Part shown: in pieces, positions 18,219-27,320 of the stretch | Numbering within the stretch: the stretch's first letter is position 1 | How the letters are laid out: each line of letters starts with the position of its first letter | Assembly: GCA_031426555.1 (NCBI GenBank) | Contig: JANPLN010000064.1 | Span: forward strand, 1-64,000 | Direction of reading: 5' to 3' | Source of the DNA: Bdellovibrionales bacterium | GTDB lineage: Bacteria > Bdellovibrionota > Bdellovibrionia > Bdellovibrionales > JAGQZY01 | Length of the DNA stretch: 64,000 nt | The notes under the pieces: model-generated | Databases searched by the model: none | What the model was told of the DNA's origin: nothing | The model's input: only the letters and a program-made list of their open reading frames with translations | Translations under genes and position numbers: made by a program

Positions 18219-18327
18219 AGTTCGAAAATTTTCCCCAAACTCCCATGCTAAACTGAATGGAAGAAGACTTCAATTTCTCGAAACTCATAGTGATGAGAGC
18301 CAGACATTCGCCCCGCTGGGGCGACTA

Positions 18328-18576
18328 TTAAGAATCGAGCAATTTTTTGCTAAGATCCGCTTCCACTTGTTGGATAAGAACACTCGTTTCAACGTCGTAA
18401 CGAACCAGACCATCCGCGACTTCGCGAAGAGCTGTAACCACGTATTTGTTTTCTTTACGAGCGACAACAGGCTCACTGCCTTTAAGGATTTGTTTGGCTC
18501 TTTTAGAAACCAACAAAACAAGAGCAAATCGGTTGTTCACTTTTTCAAGACAATCTTCTACCGTTACACGAGCCAT
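18328..18576 (-). CDS. rpoZ: RNA polymerase omega subunit
   Basis: [28 protein letters not shown]; gmk-rpoZ-spoT synteny. Confidence 0.97.
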   Translation of the reverse strand: MARVTVEDCLEKVNNRFALVLLVSKRAKQILKGSEPVVARKENKYVVTALREVADGLVRYDVETSVLIQQVEADLSKKLLDS

Positions 18577-18606
18577 AGTATCCTCCGGGCCTCAACCTAG
18601 CCTAAG

Positions 18607-19188
18607 TTATAGTAGATCTTCAATAATTTTCTTAAACTGCAGATAGGATTCTTCAAAATGGTCGTTCACGATGCGGTAATCAAAGGTGTGCGCCAGGGAC
18701 ATTTCCATCTGGGCATTGATCATTCGAATCTCTAAATCTTCGGGCAACTTCTTATCCCTGCCCTGTATACGCCGTTTGAGCTCGTCCATGGAGGGAGGGA
18801 GGATAAATATGCTCACCGCTCCCGGGAACTTATTTTTAAAAGTGGAGGCCCCTTTGACGTCCACGTCCATGATGAGAACTCTGCCTTCGCTCTCGGCATC
18901 ATGAATCTGATGGAGCGGAGTGCCATAAAAATTGTCATGAACCTGGGCGTGCTCAACGAAGAATCCCTCCGCTTTGAGGCTCAGAAAACGCTCGCGAGTG
19001 ACAAAGTGGTAGGGGTTGCCTTCGGTTTCACCGGTGCGCATGGCCCGTGTGGTGTAGGTGATGGTGTCTTTAATTTTGGGAAATTCTTTAAGGATGCGAT
19101 CAATAAAGCTCGATTTTCCAGCCCCGCTGGGAGCTGAGATTATAATCATTTGGGCTTTCTGCGGTTGCTTCATCATGCTTGCACTCAT
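18607..19188 (-). CDS. gmk: Guanylate kinase
   Basis: SAPSGAGKS, TTRAMRTGE, NFYGT, FILPPS. Confidence 0.97.
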   Translation of the reverse strand: MSASMMKQPQKAQMIIISAPSGAGKSSFIDRILKEFPKIKDTITYTTRAMRTGETEGNPYHFVTRERFLSLKAEGFFVEHAQVHDNFYGTPLHQIHDAESEGRVLIMDVDVKGASTFKNKFPGAVSIFILPPSMDELKRRIQGRDKKLPEDLEIRMINAQMEMSLAHTFDYRIVNDHFEESYLQFKKIIEDLL

Positions 19189-20066
19189 TCGATGTTTTGT
19201 ATTTGTTCGCGTAACTGCTCAATGGTGTTTTTGGCTCCCACGACAATTTCTGTTATCTTAGCAGACTGGCTCTTAGATCCAATGGTGTTGATCTCCCGAA
19301 GCAGTTCTTGGGCATAAAAGTCGAGCTTTTTGCCCTGAGCCGAAGCTTCCTTAAAGAGAAGGACCACATTTTTAATATGCTCACCAAAACGCTGAAGCTC
19401 TTCTTCGATGTCGGAGCGCTCTACGAGGTGGGCAACTTCTTGAAGAACCCTTTGTGAATCAAGTTCGATTTTTCCCATGATTTTTGCAATGCGATCCTGC
19501 ATTTTTTGCGAAGCTTCGGCAATCAATTGCTCGCGAAGTTTCAAGAGCTGATCGCGAAACTTTGTGAGATCTTGCAAGTACTCAAGACCCACTTTCTTAA
19601 GAAACTGCCCCTCCTTCTCCCGTGCCGAAGCACAACTCACAATAGCTTGCTCGAGAGTTTTTAGAAGCTGCTGTTTTTCCTTCGTGGGGAGATCGGCGTC
19701 TTCGTCGATGGTCATGAAATTGGGCACGTAGGTTAAAATGTCGCGCACAGAAACATCGCCATTGATTTTGAGTGGCTTTAGAACTTTGCGAAGCTCATGG
19801 ACCCAATCGGCGGCGACTTTGGTCTGAAAGCGCACCCCAAGAGAACCCGCTATGTTTTGGGTTGTGCGCTGAACAAAAATGTCCACGGTCCCGCGGCTGA
19901 AGTGTTTTTTTGCGATTTTTTGAATTTCACTTTCGAGGGAAATATATTTTTTGGGCAAATGGGCGCGCACATCCAGGTATCGTCCGTTAACGGACTTCAC
20001 ACTGATATCCAAATTAACACCACCTGCAGACGAATCCGCGCGGCCAAAACCAGTCATGCTTTGCAT
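19185..20066 (-). CDS. yicC: YicC/YloC family endoribonuclease
   Basis: MQSMTGFG, KSVNGRYLD, GKKLDFYAQELLREINTIGSKS, EQIQNIE. Confidence 0.96.
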   Translation of the reverse strand: MQSMTGFGRADSSAGGVNLDISVKSVNGRYLDVRAHLPKKYISLESEIQKIAKKHFSRGTVDIFVQRTTQNIAGSLGVRFQTKVAADWVHELRKVLKPLKINGDVSVRDILTYVPNFMTIDEDADLPTKEKQQLLKTLEQAIVSCASAREKEGQFLKKVGLEYLQDLTKFRDQLLKLREQLIAEASQKMQDRIAKIMGKIELDSQRVLQEVAHLVERSDIEEELQRFGEHIKNVVLLFKEASAQGKKLDFYAQELLREINTIGSKSQSAKITEIVVGAKNTIEQLREQIQNIE

Positions 20067-20101
20067 GGATCTATATTGGTCGTCGCCTCAAGAATCGTCA
20101 A
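20067..20101 (-). promoter_or_regulatory. Sigma70-like promoter giving a probably leaderless yicC mRNA
   Basis: TTGACG-17 nt-CAATAT-6 nt-ATG; no SD. Confidence 0.55.
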
Positions 20102-20789
20102 GGTTTTACGCTGGTTTACGTCTAAAAATCTTTGAATTTACGAAGAGCACTGTGAGTGGCGATACCCACATTGAGTCTACGAACAACTTTGTTCCTTGGG
20201 TTTCGATGAAAGGCGAACTGACCGGCGTCTCGAGCACGACAGAGAAGATTGTTTTTGAATGCGCTAACGAGTGTTGTGGCTCTCCGATTGAGTCTATCAG
20301 AGCGGCGGTCAACGCGCCATCTGGGACATAGGTTCATTCTGTTAAGCTTTATGGAACGCAAATTTGATTTTGCTGAGCTTCAAGGGATCTACCAGGCTTA
20401 ATTGGACGATGATTAGATCTACTAAACTCCATCTGCAAAGGCGAGACTGGATGCTTCGACTTCATCGACGAACCTCGGATGAGCACTCAATGCGCCGAGA
20501 TCTCCGATCAGCGGTCGCCGTGCCCCAACGTTCACGCAAAGGCTTTCAGCTATTTCTCCACTTGAGTCCATTCGCAATCACCATAGTTACCTTCAAGCAA
20601 AACTGCAGGCAGGGAAATCTGTCGTCAGCCATGAATTGCAATGACTTACTAAAATAAACCGACAGCCCTCGATCCGTCTTCAAATTCGAAGTTGAATCCG
20701 CCTATGGAAAGGTGGACTTTTATACCTTCGTTCACTTAATGTCTATCCATCGTTAGATCTCCAGCCGCTGTAAAAATAAAGGAACTCCT

Positions 20790-21392
20790 TTGCCCGCGAA
20801 AATTCACAGCCAACAAATTGATTTATTTCCCAAAAGAGCAAAATCTTATGGGGGAGTTCTACTTAAAAAGCGTGAAAACCGCTCCTACGGTCGACCCATT
20901 TCAACATCGCAAACCATGCATTTAGTTTTGCGCTCATCGCAGGCGGTGGGCGTAAAATCTTTCAAAACCCAACTGAACAAATCCGCAATCAACAAAATTC
21001 TTAACAAATTTTCTGTTAAATACGGCATTCGCATTCTTTCCCTGGCCAATGTGGGTACTCACCTGCACTTGCATATTAAAATTGCGCGAAGAGTTGGCTA
21101 TTTATGTTTTATTCGCGCTGTAACGGCCGCCATTGCCATGCACGTTTCTGGGCGCAATCGATGGACTGCAGCACTTGAAAACAAATCAGCGGCAACTACG
21201 GGTAAGACAACTTCAAAAATCTCATCGAAGACAAAATTTTGGGACTACCGCCCCATCACCAGAATCGTTGAAGGCTTACGAGCCTTTCTAAACATAAAAG
21301 ATTATATTCAAATCAATCAGCTTGAGGGGTTGGGAGTTCCAAGGCATCAGGCCCGCATTCTGTTGACCCGCGCACGACCGCAGATGTGTTAG
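20790..21392 (+). mobile_element. HUH (Y1) endonuclease, RAYT/IS200-like 'transposase'
   Basis: MHLVLRSS, NVGTHLHLHIK (HUH), FWDYRPITRIV, DYIQIN (putative catalytic Tyr); TTG start after AAAGGAA. Confidence 0.8.
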
Positions 21393-21472
21393 AGGTGTGA
21401 GCCTAAACTATTACGCATGCGTAAGATAAATATCTTGGTGACCACGAATAAAAAGCATAATAACTTTAGCAA

Positions 21473-21805
21473 ATGAATAAAAAAATTGTCCTCATATTTT
21501 CTCTTCTTACCAACGTGGTATTGATTGCGCTTTTCTGGAATGCCAACAAAAACTTTGAAGTTGCCAGAACAGAAAATCAGAGATTGGATCAGGCAAGACT
21601 TGAGGACATCAAGAATCTTGAAATGCTCTTTCAAGATACAATTTCGAAAGAAGAAATCTTCTCTATTCTAAAAAGTAAGTTTAAAAATGATGAGTGGTTT
21701 GATAAACTCGACGAACACGGTATCGGTTTTAAAGGATTATTTCTCATCTTCGATGAAGCACAAAACTTAAAGCAAATCCAAGTTAACTCCATGCAAGGTA
21801 AATGA
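21473..21805 (+). CDS. Small membrane-anchored orphan, weakly Imm58-like
   Basis: N-terminal TM, helical middle, C-terminal LFLIFDEAQNLKQI; AT-rich. Confidence 0.65.
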   Translation: MNKKIVLIFSLLTNVVLIALFWNANKNFEVARTENQRLDQARLEDIKNLEMLFQDTISKEEIFSILKSKFKNDEWFDKLDEHGIGFKGLFLIFDEAQNLKQIQVNSMQGK

Positions 21806-21812
21806 GGTCTTA

Positions 21813-22298
21813 ATGTCTCTAATAAATAAGCCTACAAATAATCCTACTGAAAAATCGTCGATGAAACTCACAGATAAACAGTTCATTTTCTTTGGCTCAG
21901 CTCTTGGATACTTGGTCACCGCGGTGGTTATGATCATCGTCATGGAATTTCAGACGGCAGCCTTCAAACTCGCAGGTATTTTATTTTTTCCCTTCGCTTT
22001 TTCTTCGTATTTGATTTGTCCCTGGCTTGCTCCGAAAATTTCCGCCGCCGACAGCCTTTATAAATCCATTTTATTTTCAATTCTAGCCGCGACCCTGACG
22101 AGTTCACTCACCGGTGCTTTAACTGGTCTCGTTAGCGTTATTTCTGAATCCCTGAAGCGAACCGGGTCGCTCAGCTTTTCAACGAATATCGCGATGGTTG
22201 CAATCTACAGTGGAGCCGGCCTCCTCTACTCTTTGCCCGGTATCTTAATCGTTGGAACTCTTCTTGGAAAATTTATTTATCAACGCAATCATCTTTAA
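21813..22298 (+). CDS. Integral membrane hypothetical protein (~4 TM)
   Basis: Four hydrophobic segments; GAGG before ATG. Confidence 0.7.
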   Translation: MSLINKPTNNPTEKSSMKLTDKQFIFFGSALGYLVTAVVMIIVMEFQTAAFKLAGILFFPFAFSSYLICPWLAPKISAADSLYKSILFSILAATLTSSLTGALTGLVSVISESLKRTGSLSFSTNIAMVAIYSGAGLLYSLPGILIVGTLLGKFIYQRNHL

Positions 22299-22325
22299 TG
22301 GCCCGCTTAATTTTCAATATTGGTA

Positions 22326-22700
22326 CTATCTATCTCTACAATCATCGGCATCAACGGTAAAGTATTCATCACCACCATTTGGGTTTTCCGTTACAAATTG
22401 AATAGTAATTAATTTTCCGGTTAAACTACTAACAATCTCGAGATGACTTCGAGTCTCATCCGTTTTCCAATTACCACGATAAAAAGTATAAGTGACCATT
22501 TCGCCCATTCTTGCCACGCCCTCTGTTCTGCTAATTAAATCCAGCTCCTCCTCCTCCTGCTGGCCAAACTGTACTGCTAGAGGTTCCTTGTTGAAATCAA
22601 TCGAAATTTTCGTTGTTCCTTTCGTGCAGATTTTTTTTGCATTACCAAGTGCAAAATTTGCGGTAACCATAACCATGAAAGTTAAAATAAAATATTTCAT
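22326..22700 (-). CDS. Secreted hypothetical protein
   Basis: AGGAG SD; signal peptide; one Cys near each end. Confidence 0.75.
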   Translation of the reverse strand: MKYFILTFMVMVTANFALGNAKKICTKGTTKISIDFNKEPLAVQFGQQEEEELDLISRTEGVARMGEMVTYTFYRGNWKTDETRSHLEIVSSLTGKLITIQFVTENPNGGDEYFTVDADDCRDR

Positions 22701-22903
22701 ACGTTACTCCTTTTATATATGCTCTCATTTATTGCGACATTTCGTCGTAACCGTGCCAGACTATCAAAGGCCGCTCAAGAGTCGCTGTAAAGAAAACACT
22801 ACTGTCAAAAAAGATGACAGTGACTCATTATGTTTCACCATCCCTCATTATTCGTGGTTTGGTGGCTTTTCTGTTTACTGTATTGCTTTGATGCTGTGAA
22901 ACC

Positions 22904-24040
22904 CTACAACCGACAAACGCTCTTCTTTTCTTTGCAGTCGATGAGGGTTTGGCGAAGCACCGTGGTTTTTTCGATGAGCTCGGGCTTGGTGATTTGCGAG
23001 AGGTACTTCAGCGACTTGTCCAAATCCCCGGTGCGCACTAACGAATAGGCCAACGCATAACGGATCTCATCGTCTTTTTGCAGATCACTGCGCTGGATGA
23101 CGGGATCTAACGACGCAATCAGGGAATATTTATTGGCGTCCACATAGGTGGCGATTTTCTGTTTGAGCCGTTCTTTTTCATCGACGACCGCGGCGTTGAA
23201 ATACAAAGAGCGCTCAAACCGACGCGTCTGTCGATTGAGCTCTGCTGTGTGATAATAGTATTTTCCATCGGTAATAGCAGCCCTGCGAAAGCCTTCTTCG
23301 GCAGCCATCATCAAACCTTTTTGGAAGTACACCTGCGAGATCGCCAGATTGATTTCTAAATTTGTTGGATGTTGCGCTCGAGCCATTTCTAATATCGCCA
23401 AAGCCGAAGTGGTCGCCCCACTGGTTTGAAAGATTTCAGCAATATTTAGATAATGTGTTGCGGGCGACGCATGCGTGCCCAGCCACTCCATACTCGCGAC
23501 AAGCCCTTCATGCACGAGTTTGAGTTGAAGCAATAGGGTGATCCACTCAGTTTCCACTGCGAAAGTGGGAAACACCACACGCGCCTTAGCAACAGTGGTC
23601 CAGGCCTTTTCAATTTTTCCGAGCTGTTGCTCGCAGTGGGATTTCCGCAAAGCATCCGTCTCGTTGGCATGTTTGTTTTGAAACACATTTGCATAAAAAG
23701 CCACACACTCTTTGATTTGTTTGGCAAAAAACGCGGATCGTCCCTGCCACATCAAAGCTTCCTCGGAATACGGCGACGAAGGCGGGATTTTTGCCAACTC
23801 TTGAATCGCCGTCTTCCACTCACCCTTCAAGTGATACCACTGGCCTAAAAGCACACCGGCTTCGGGCGAACTTTTCTTTTGCAGCTCTTTAATTTCTGGT
23901 TGAGCAAGATCCAACTTGCCATCTTTTAGGAGAGTGCGAACGAGCGCTGCTCCTTCCAGATCGTCGTACATGGGATCTTTAACAAATCCTTGTGCCGAGA
24001 AATTTAAAAAACAAATGACGAGAAAAAATAAAGTCTTCAT
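22904..24040 (-). CDS. Periplasmic TPR-repeat protein (TtpD-like)
   Basis: ATG 24040 overlaps tonB stop (TGATG); signal peptide; repeated TPR-like helix pairs; last gene of TonB run. Confidence 0.8.
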   Translation of the reverse strand: MKTLFFLVICFLNFSAQGFVKDPMYDDLEGAALVRTLLKDGKLDLAQPEIKELQKKSSPEAGVLLGQWYHLKGEWKTAIQELAKIPPSSPYSEEALMWQGRSAFFAKQIKECVAFYANVFQNKHANETDALRKSHCEQQLGKIEKAWTTVAKARVVFPTFAVETEWITLLLQLKLVHEGLVASMEWLGTHASPATHYLNIAEIFQTSGATTSALAILEMARAQHPTNLEINLAISQVYFQKGLMMAAEEGFRRAAITDGKYYYHTAELNRQTRRFERSLYFNAAVVDEKERLKQKIATYVDANKYSLIASLDPVIQRSDLQKDDEIRYALAYSLVRTGDLDKSLKYLSQITKPELIEKTTVLRQTLIDCKEKKSVCRL

Positions 24041-24672
24041 CAGTTCAGCTCGAATTTTATTTTTTGCGTTGTCCATGCGGCCACGATCTGACCCTTAAGC
24101 ATGGCGGGTTCGAACTTCCAGGTTTTAACCGACTTCATAGCCGCTTGCTCAAAGAAGCCTTTGGGCTCACTGTCTTCCACTTCCACATTGTCCACGGCTC
24201 CATTTGTGGCCACCAAAATTTTTAAACTCACATAGCCTGAAATACTTTTTTGCCGGGCGTCCGAGGGATATTCTAAGCTGCCCTTCATTAACAAACGCGG
24301 GGGGCGATTCACCGCTCCTCCGTCGCGAACGATAGAAGCCGCATCGGAACCAAAGCCGCCGCCGCCGCCAACCGCTGGTCCAAAACCACCCGAACCAAAC
24401 GCCACGCCCGAGCCAAAATCCTGGGGACCCGAAAATGAATCAGGGGCCAGAGTCGAAAGCAGACTGGCCTCCTTGGGCGAGGGCGGAGGCTCTGGCGGTT
24501 CTTCCTGCTTTGCAGGTTCGGCCATTTGAATGGCGATGGGAGGTGGGCCATCTTCGATGGGGGGCTTGAGATCCGCTGGATTCCACGCCATGAAGCTTGC
24601 CACCAGGGAAAACACTGTTAACCCCGTTAGAGCGATACCGAAGAATGTGATCCAAAACTTTTTTGTTTTCAT
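24040..24672 (-). CDS. tonB: Energy transducer TonB
   Basis: N-terminal TM, Pro-rich linker, YPSDARQKSISGYV...FEQAAMKSVKTWKFEPA. Confidence 0.93.
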   Translation of the reverse strand: MKTKKFWITFFGIALTGLTVFSLVASFMAWNPADLKPPIEDGPPPIAIQMAEPAKQEEPPEPPPSPKEASLLSTLAPDSFSGPQDFGSGVAFGSGGFGPAVGGGGGFGSDAASIVRDGGAVNRPPRLLMKGSLEYPSDARQKSISGYVSLKILVATNGAVDNVEVEDSEPKGFFEQAAMKSVKTWKFEPAMLKGQIVAAWTTQKIKFELN

Positions 24673-25518
24673 TTATACCTTGATCAAAGCTCCAAACAAT
24701 CCCGCAACAAGAACGAGAATGAGACCCAAAAATAAAAGTGGACTCCAGTCCGCCAATTTTTCCATGAAGCCCGCTTCGCGCTGAATTTTCGCAGCCTTAT
24801 TTAAAGATTCGAAGATGTAAAGATTCAGCGAAGTACGGGTTGGCGCCTGCGTCGCCTCGAGAGCCTTGAGCAAACCTTCACCATCTGGCCCCAAAACAAA
24901 GTGCGCGTCTTTCGTAGAGCCAATGGCAGCCACGCGACCCACGCGAGTGATTGTGCCTTCCGTGAGGTTGCCACTGAGGTCAAGAAAACTCCCAGGAAAC
25001 GCCTCCACTTGCGTGGATGAGGCTAATAAATCCGCAGCTTGATCTATCACTTTATCAAAATGTTCAAACTTAAGGTCTTCCGGCGCTTCAGTCTCTGTGC
25101 CTTTTGCTTGCTGTTCAAAACGCAGTCCGCGCTCAAACTCCTTCACCGACGCATTGGCTTTTTTGAAGGTGTTCTCTAAAGAGGAGCCTTTTTTTTGCAG
25201 ATCTTTCTTGCGCTTATCAAGACTCAACAAAAGTTCGTGATCTTCGTCGTTTCGCGAGGTTTGTGCCACCAGTTCCTTTTGCAAAGATTGCGTTTTTGCT
25301 TTGGCTGTTCCAATGCGCTCTTGGAAGTTTTGCAACATGGTTGCTTTTTGTTTTTGTAACGCCTGTTTCTGAGACGTCATGTAAACATACTCCCGCTGGA
25401 ACGATTTGTTTAAAGTGTCCTCCGCTGTTTCAGGTGGGCGAACTTCGTCTGCGAAGGCCGAAAGTGCCAACGTCGAAAGTGCCAACAAAGTAAAAGTCAT
25501 TAAAAGATACTTTTTCAT
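24673..25518 (-). CDS. TtpC-like periplasmic coiled-coil protein with a single C-terminal TM (no MotA/ExbB domain)
   Basis: Signal peptide, long coiled coil, GNLTEGTITRVGRVAAI, ends after GFMEKL...one TM; lies between DUF3450 and tonB. Confidence 0.65.
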   Translation of the reverse strand: MKKYLLMTFTLLALSTLALSAFADEVRPPETAEDTLNKSFQREYVYMTSQKQALQKQKATMLQNFQERIGTAKAKTQSLQKELVAQTSRNDEDHELLLSLDKRKKDLQKKGSSLENTFKKANASVKEFERGLRFEQQAKGTETEAPEDLKFEHFDKVIDQAADLLASSTQVEAFPGSFLDLSGNLTEGTITRVGRVAAIGSTKDAHFVLGPDGEGLLKALEATQAPTRTSLNLYIFESLNKAAKIQREAGFMEKLADWSPLLFLGLILVLVAGLFGALIKV

Positions 25519-26273
25519 AAACTGGCTCCCAACTGGCGAGAATCAATGGGCAGCTGATAATAACCAGCCCCATTTTTGTTTTTTAGATTTTTCACAAGCG
25601 AAAGAATAGATGTTTGATCTTCGCTGGACTCCACGTCTTTCCACTTCCAAACGCCCGCCTCTTTGACAGCTTTTAAAACATTTTTATCGGGAGTCACGAC
25701 GAACAGACTTTGTAAGCCAAGGCGCGCCACTTCACATTTTCTAAGAGTTCCGTTCAAAGTGATATCCACAACCTTGTACTCATTGGACTGGGCAAGCTTC
25801 ATTTCGTTTTCGACAAAACTCCAAAAGTCCGCAAAAATAAACTCAAGAGGCTCTTGCGCTTTTTGCACACGGATTTTTAAATTTTTTATTTGCGCCTGGC
25901 GGGACTCTTGCAAAAATGGAATCGTCGCAGCCACCGACACCTCAAAGCGCTCGATCCAGGAAAGAATCTTTTTTTGCGATTGTGGATCTGTCTTGGCCTG
26001 AATTTTCACTCTCGACTCGAGACGCTTGGTTTTTTCGGCAAGCTGAAGTGCGCGCAACTGTTCCTTTTGCACTTGCGATTCAAGCTCTGTTTTACGCTGC
26101 GTCCATTGTTCGAGGTCCGCTTGTTTTTCTCTCTGCAAGGAATCGATCTCTTGGCTGAGTGTCTCAACCTCGGTGCGGGTTTGTGTGAGTCGTCCCACAA
26201 AGTCTTCCCACGTGGACGCATGGGCCGAGAGTGAGATGCCTATTAGAACTAAAAGAAATATGATTTTAAACAT
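25515..26273 (-). CDS. DUF3450 family protein (TtpB-like)
   Basis: Signal peptide, coiled coil, IPFLQESRQAQI, VARLGLQSLFVVTPD, YQLPI; GAGGAG SD. Confidence 0.85.
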   Translation of the reverse strand: MFKIIFLLVLIGISLSAHASTWEDFVGRLTQTRTEVETLSQEIDSLQREKQADLEQWTQRKTELESQVQKEQLRALQLAEKTKRLESRVKIQAKTDPQSQKKILSWIERFEVSVAATIPFLQESRQAQIKNLKIRVQKAQEPLEFIFADFWSFVENEMKLAQSNEYKVVDITLNGTLRKCEVARLGLQSLFVVTPDKNVLKAVKEAGVWKWKDVESSEDQTSILSLVKNLKNKNGAGYYQLPIDSRQLGASL

Positions 26274-26281
26274 TGTACTCC

Positions 26282-26692
26282 TCACGGATTCACCGGTTTG
26301 TCTGTGGTCACAGCAAAATTCTTAACACCTGCGGATTTGACCCAGTCTAAAACTTTAATCACTTGCCCGTAGGGAAGATCGCGGTCGGCAATAACCACCG
26401 CTTGCACGTCGGGATTGCGTTCCACTTCTTCGCGGGTGAGGCGTTTTGTACCCTCTTCATCTGCGTCTTCGTTATTGATCTGAACCTGGCCGTCCGCCGT
26501 GATCGCAACGTTAAGAAGGCTTGGGGTGGTTTCGTCGCCCGAAGAAGCTTCTGGCAAATTGACGTCCACACTGGGCTTAATCAGGGCGGGCGCGGTCACC
26601 ATAAAAATAATCAAGACCACTAAAATAATATCGATCAACGGCACCATGTTGATTTCGCAAATTGTGTCTGATCCACCTGCTTTTGCGGCCAT
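26282..26692 (-). CDS. exbD: ExbD/TolR
   Basis: EINMVPLIDIILVVLIIFMVTAP; IADRDLPYGQVIKVLD. Confidence 0.95.
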   Translation of the reverse strand: MAAKAGGSDTICEINMVPLIDIILVVLIIFMVTAPALIKPSVDVNLPEASSGDETTPSLLNVAITADGQVQINNEDADEEGTKRLTREEVERNPDVQAVVIADRDLPYGQVIKVLDWVKSAGVKNFAVTTDKPVNP

Positions 26693-26693
26693 T

Positions 26694-27320
26694 TTAGAAC
26701 CCCTTCATTTTTCCGTAAGCGATCATGATATCTTTGCAGCTTTCAACACTGCCGATGATCGCTTTCACTTGTTTTTGAAAATAGTTAAAAGCCACGATGT
26801 TTGGAATGGCCACCAAGAGGCCTGCCGCTGTGGCAATCAAGGCCGCAGAAATTCCCGACATCACCGTTTGCTGACCGGCATTGGTGCTATTTGCCAGATC
26901 GTGAAACGACTTCATGATCCCCAACACAGTTCCAAACAATCCGATGTAGGGAGCGTTTGATCCTACCGTGGCCAAAAACGCCAACGACTGTTCAAGCTTT
27001 GGTTGTTGAAACTTGATAAAGGTATCAAAAGTTTCGGAAAGCCCTTTGAGACCATTTTGTTTGAGATGCTCGAACCCATAAGTCATCACACGCCCCTCAA
27101 GCGACGTAGGATCCAGCTTCACATCTTCGAGGTTGGAAATCTTAACCTGCGACATGGCCTCTTCAAGAATTTCTCGTTGCTGCGCGCTCTGTTTCGCGAG
27201 TTTATTGAGCTTCAGGTAGCGCTCTACAATCAAACCAAGACTCACAAACGTCAAAGCTATCAATAGATACAAGACGCCTTGGTCGGCATAGTGGGCGATG
27301 GCAAAAATTCTATCCTTCAT
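26694..27320 (-). CDS. exbB: ExbB/TolQ/MotA proton channel
   Basis: LATVGSNAPYIGLFGTVLGIMKSF; GISAALIATAAGLLVAIP. Confidence 0.95.
   Translation of the reverse strand: MKDRIFAIAHYADQGVLYLLIALTFVSLGLIVERYLKLNKLAKQSAQQREILEEAMSQVKISNLEDVKLDPTSLEGRVMTYGFEHLKQNGLKGLSETFDTFIKFQQPKLEQSLAFLATVGSNAPYIGLFGTVLGIMKSFHDLANSTNAGQQTVMSGISAALIATAAGLLVAIPNIVAFNYFQKQVKAIIGSVESCKDIMIAYGKMKGF

Noticed and set aside
18308..18324. TCGCCCC-GCT-GGGGCGA hairpin after rpoZ as a terminator
   Set aside because: No U-tract on the coding strand; may be a stabilising stem only
20106..20657. Short ORFs (20106-20312, 20122-20361, 20364-20657, 19951-20331)
   Set aside because: No SD, no recognisable motif, mutually overlapping; treated as non-coding
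20110..20780. CRISPR array
   Set aside because: Recurring words are only ~10 bp, degenerate and irregularly spaced; no cas genes
19185..22700. yicC-targeted genomic island
   Set aside because: Such islands integrate at the yicC 3' end using an integrase; this block is at the 5' side and has no integrase or direct repeats
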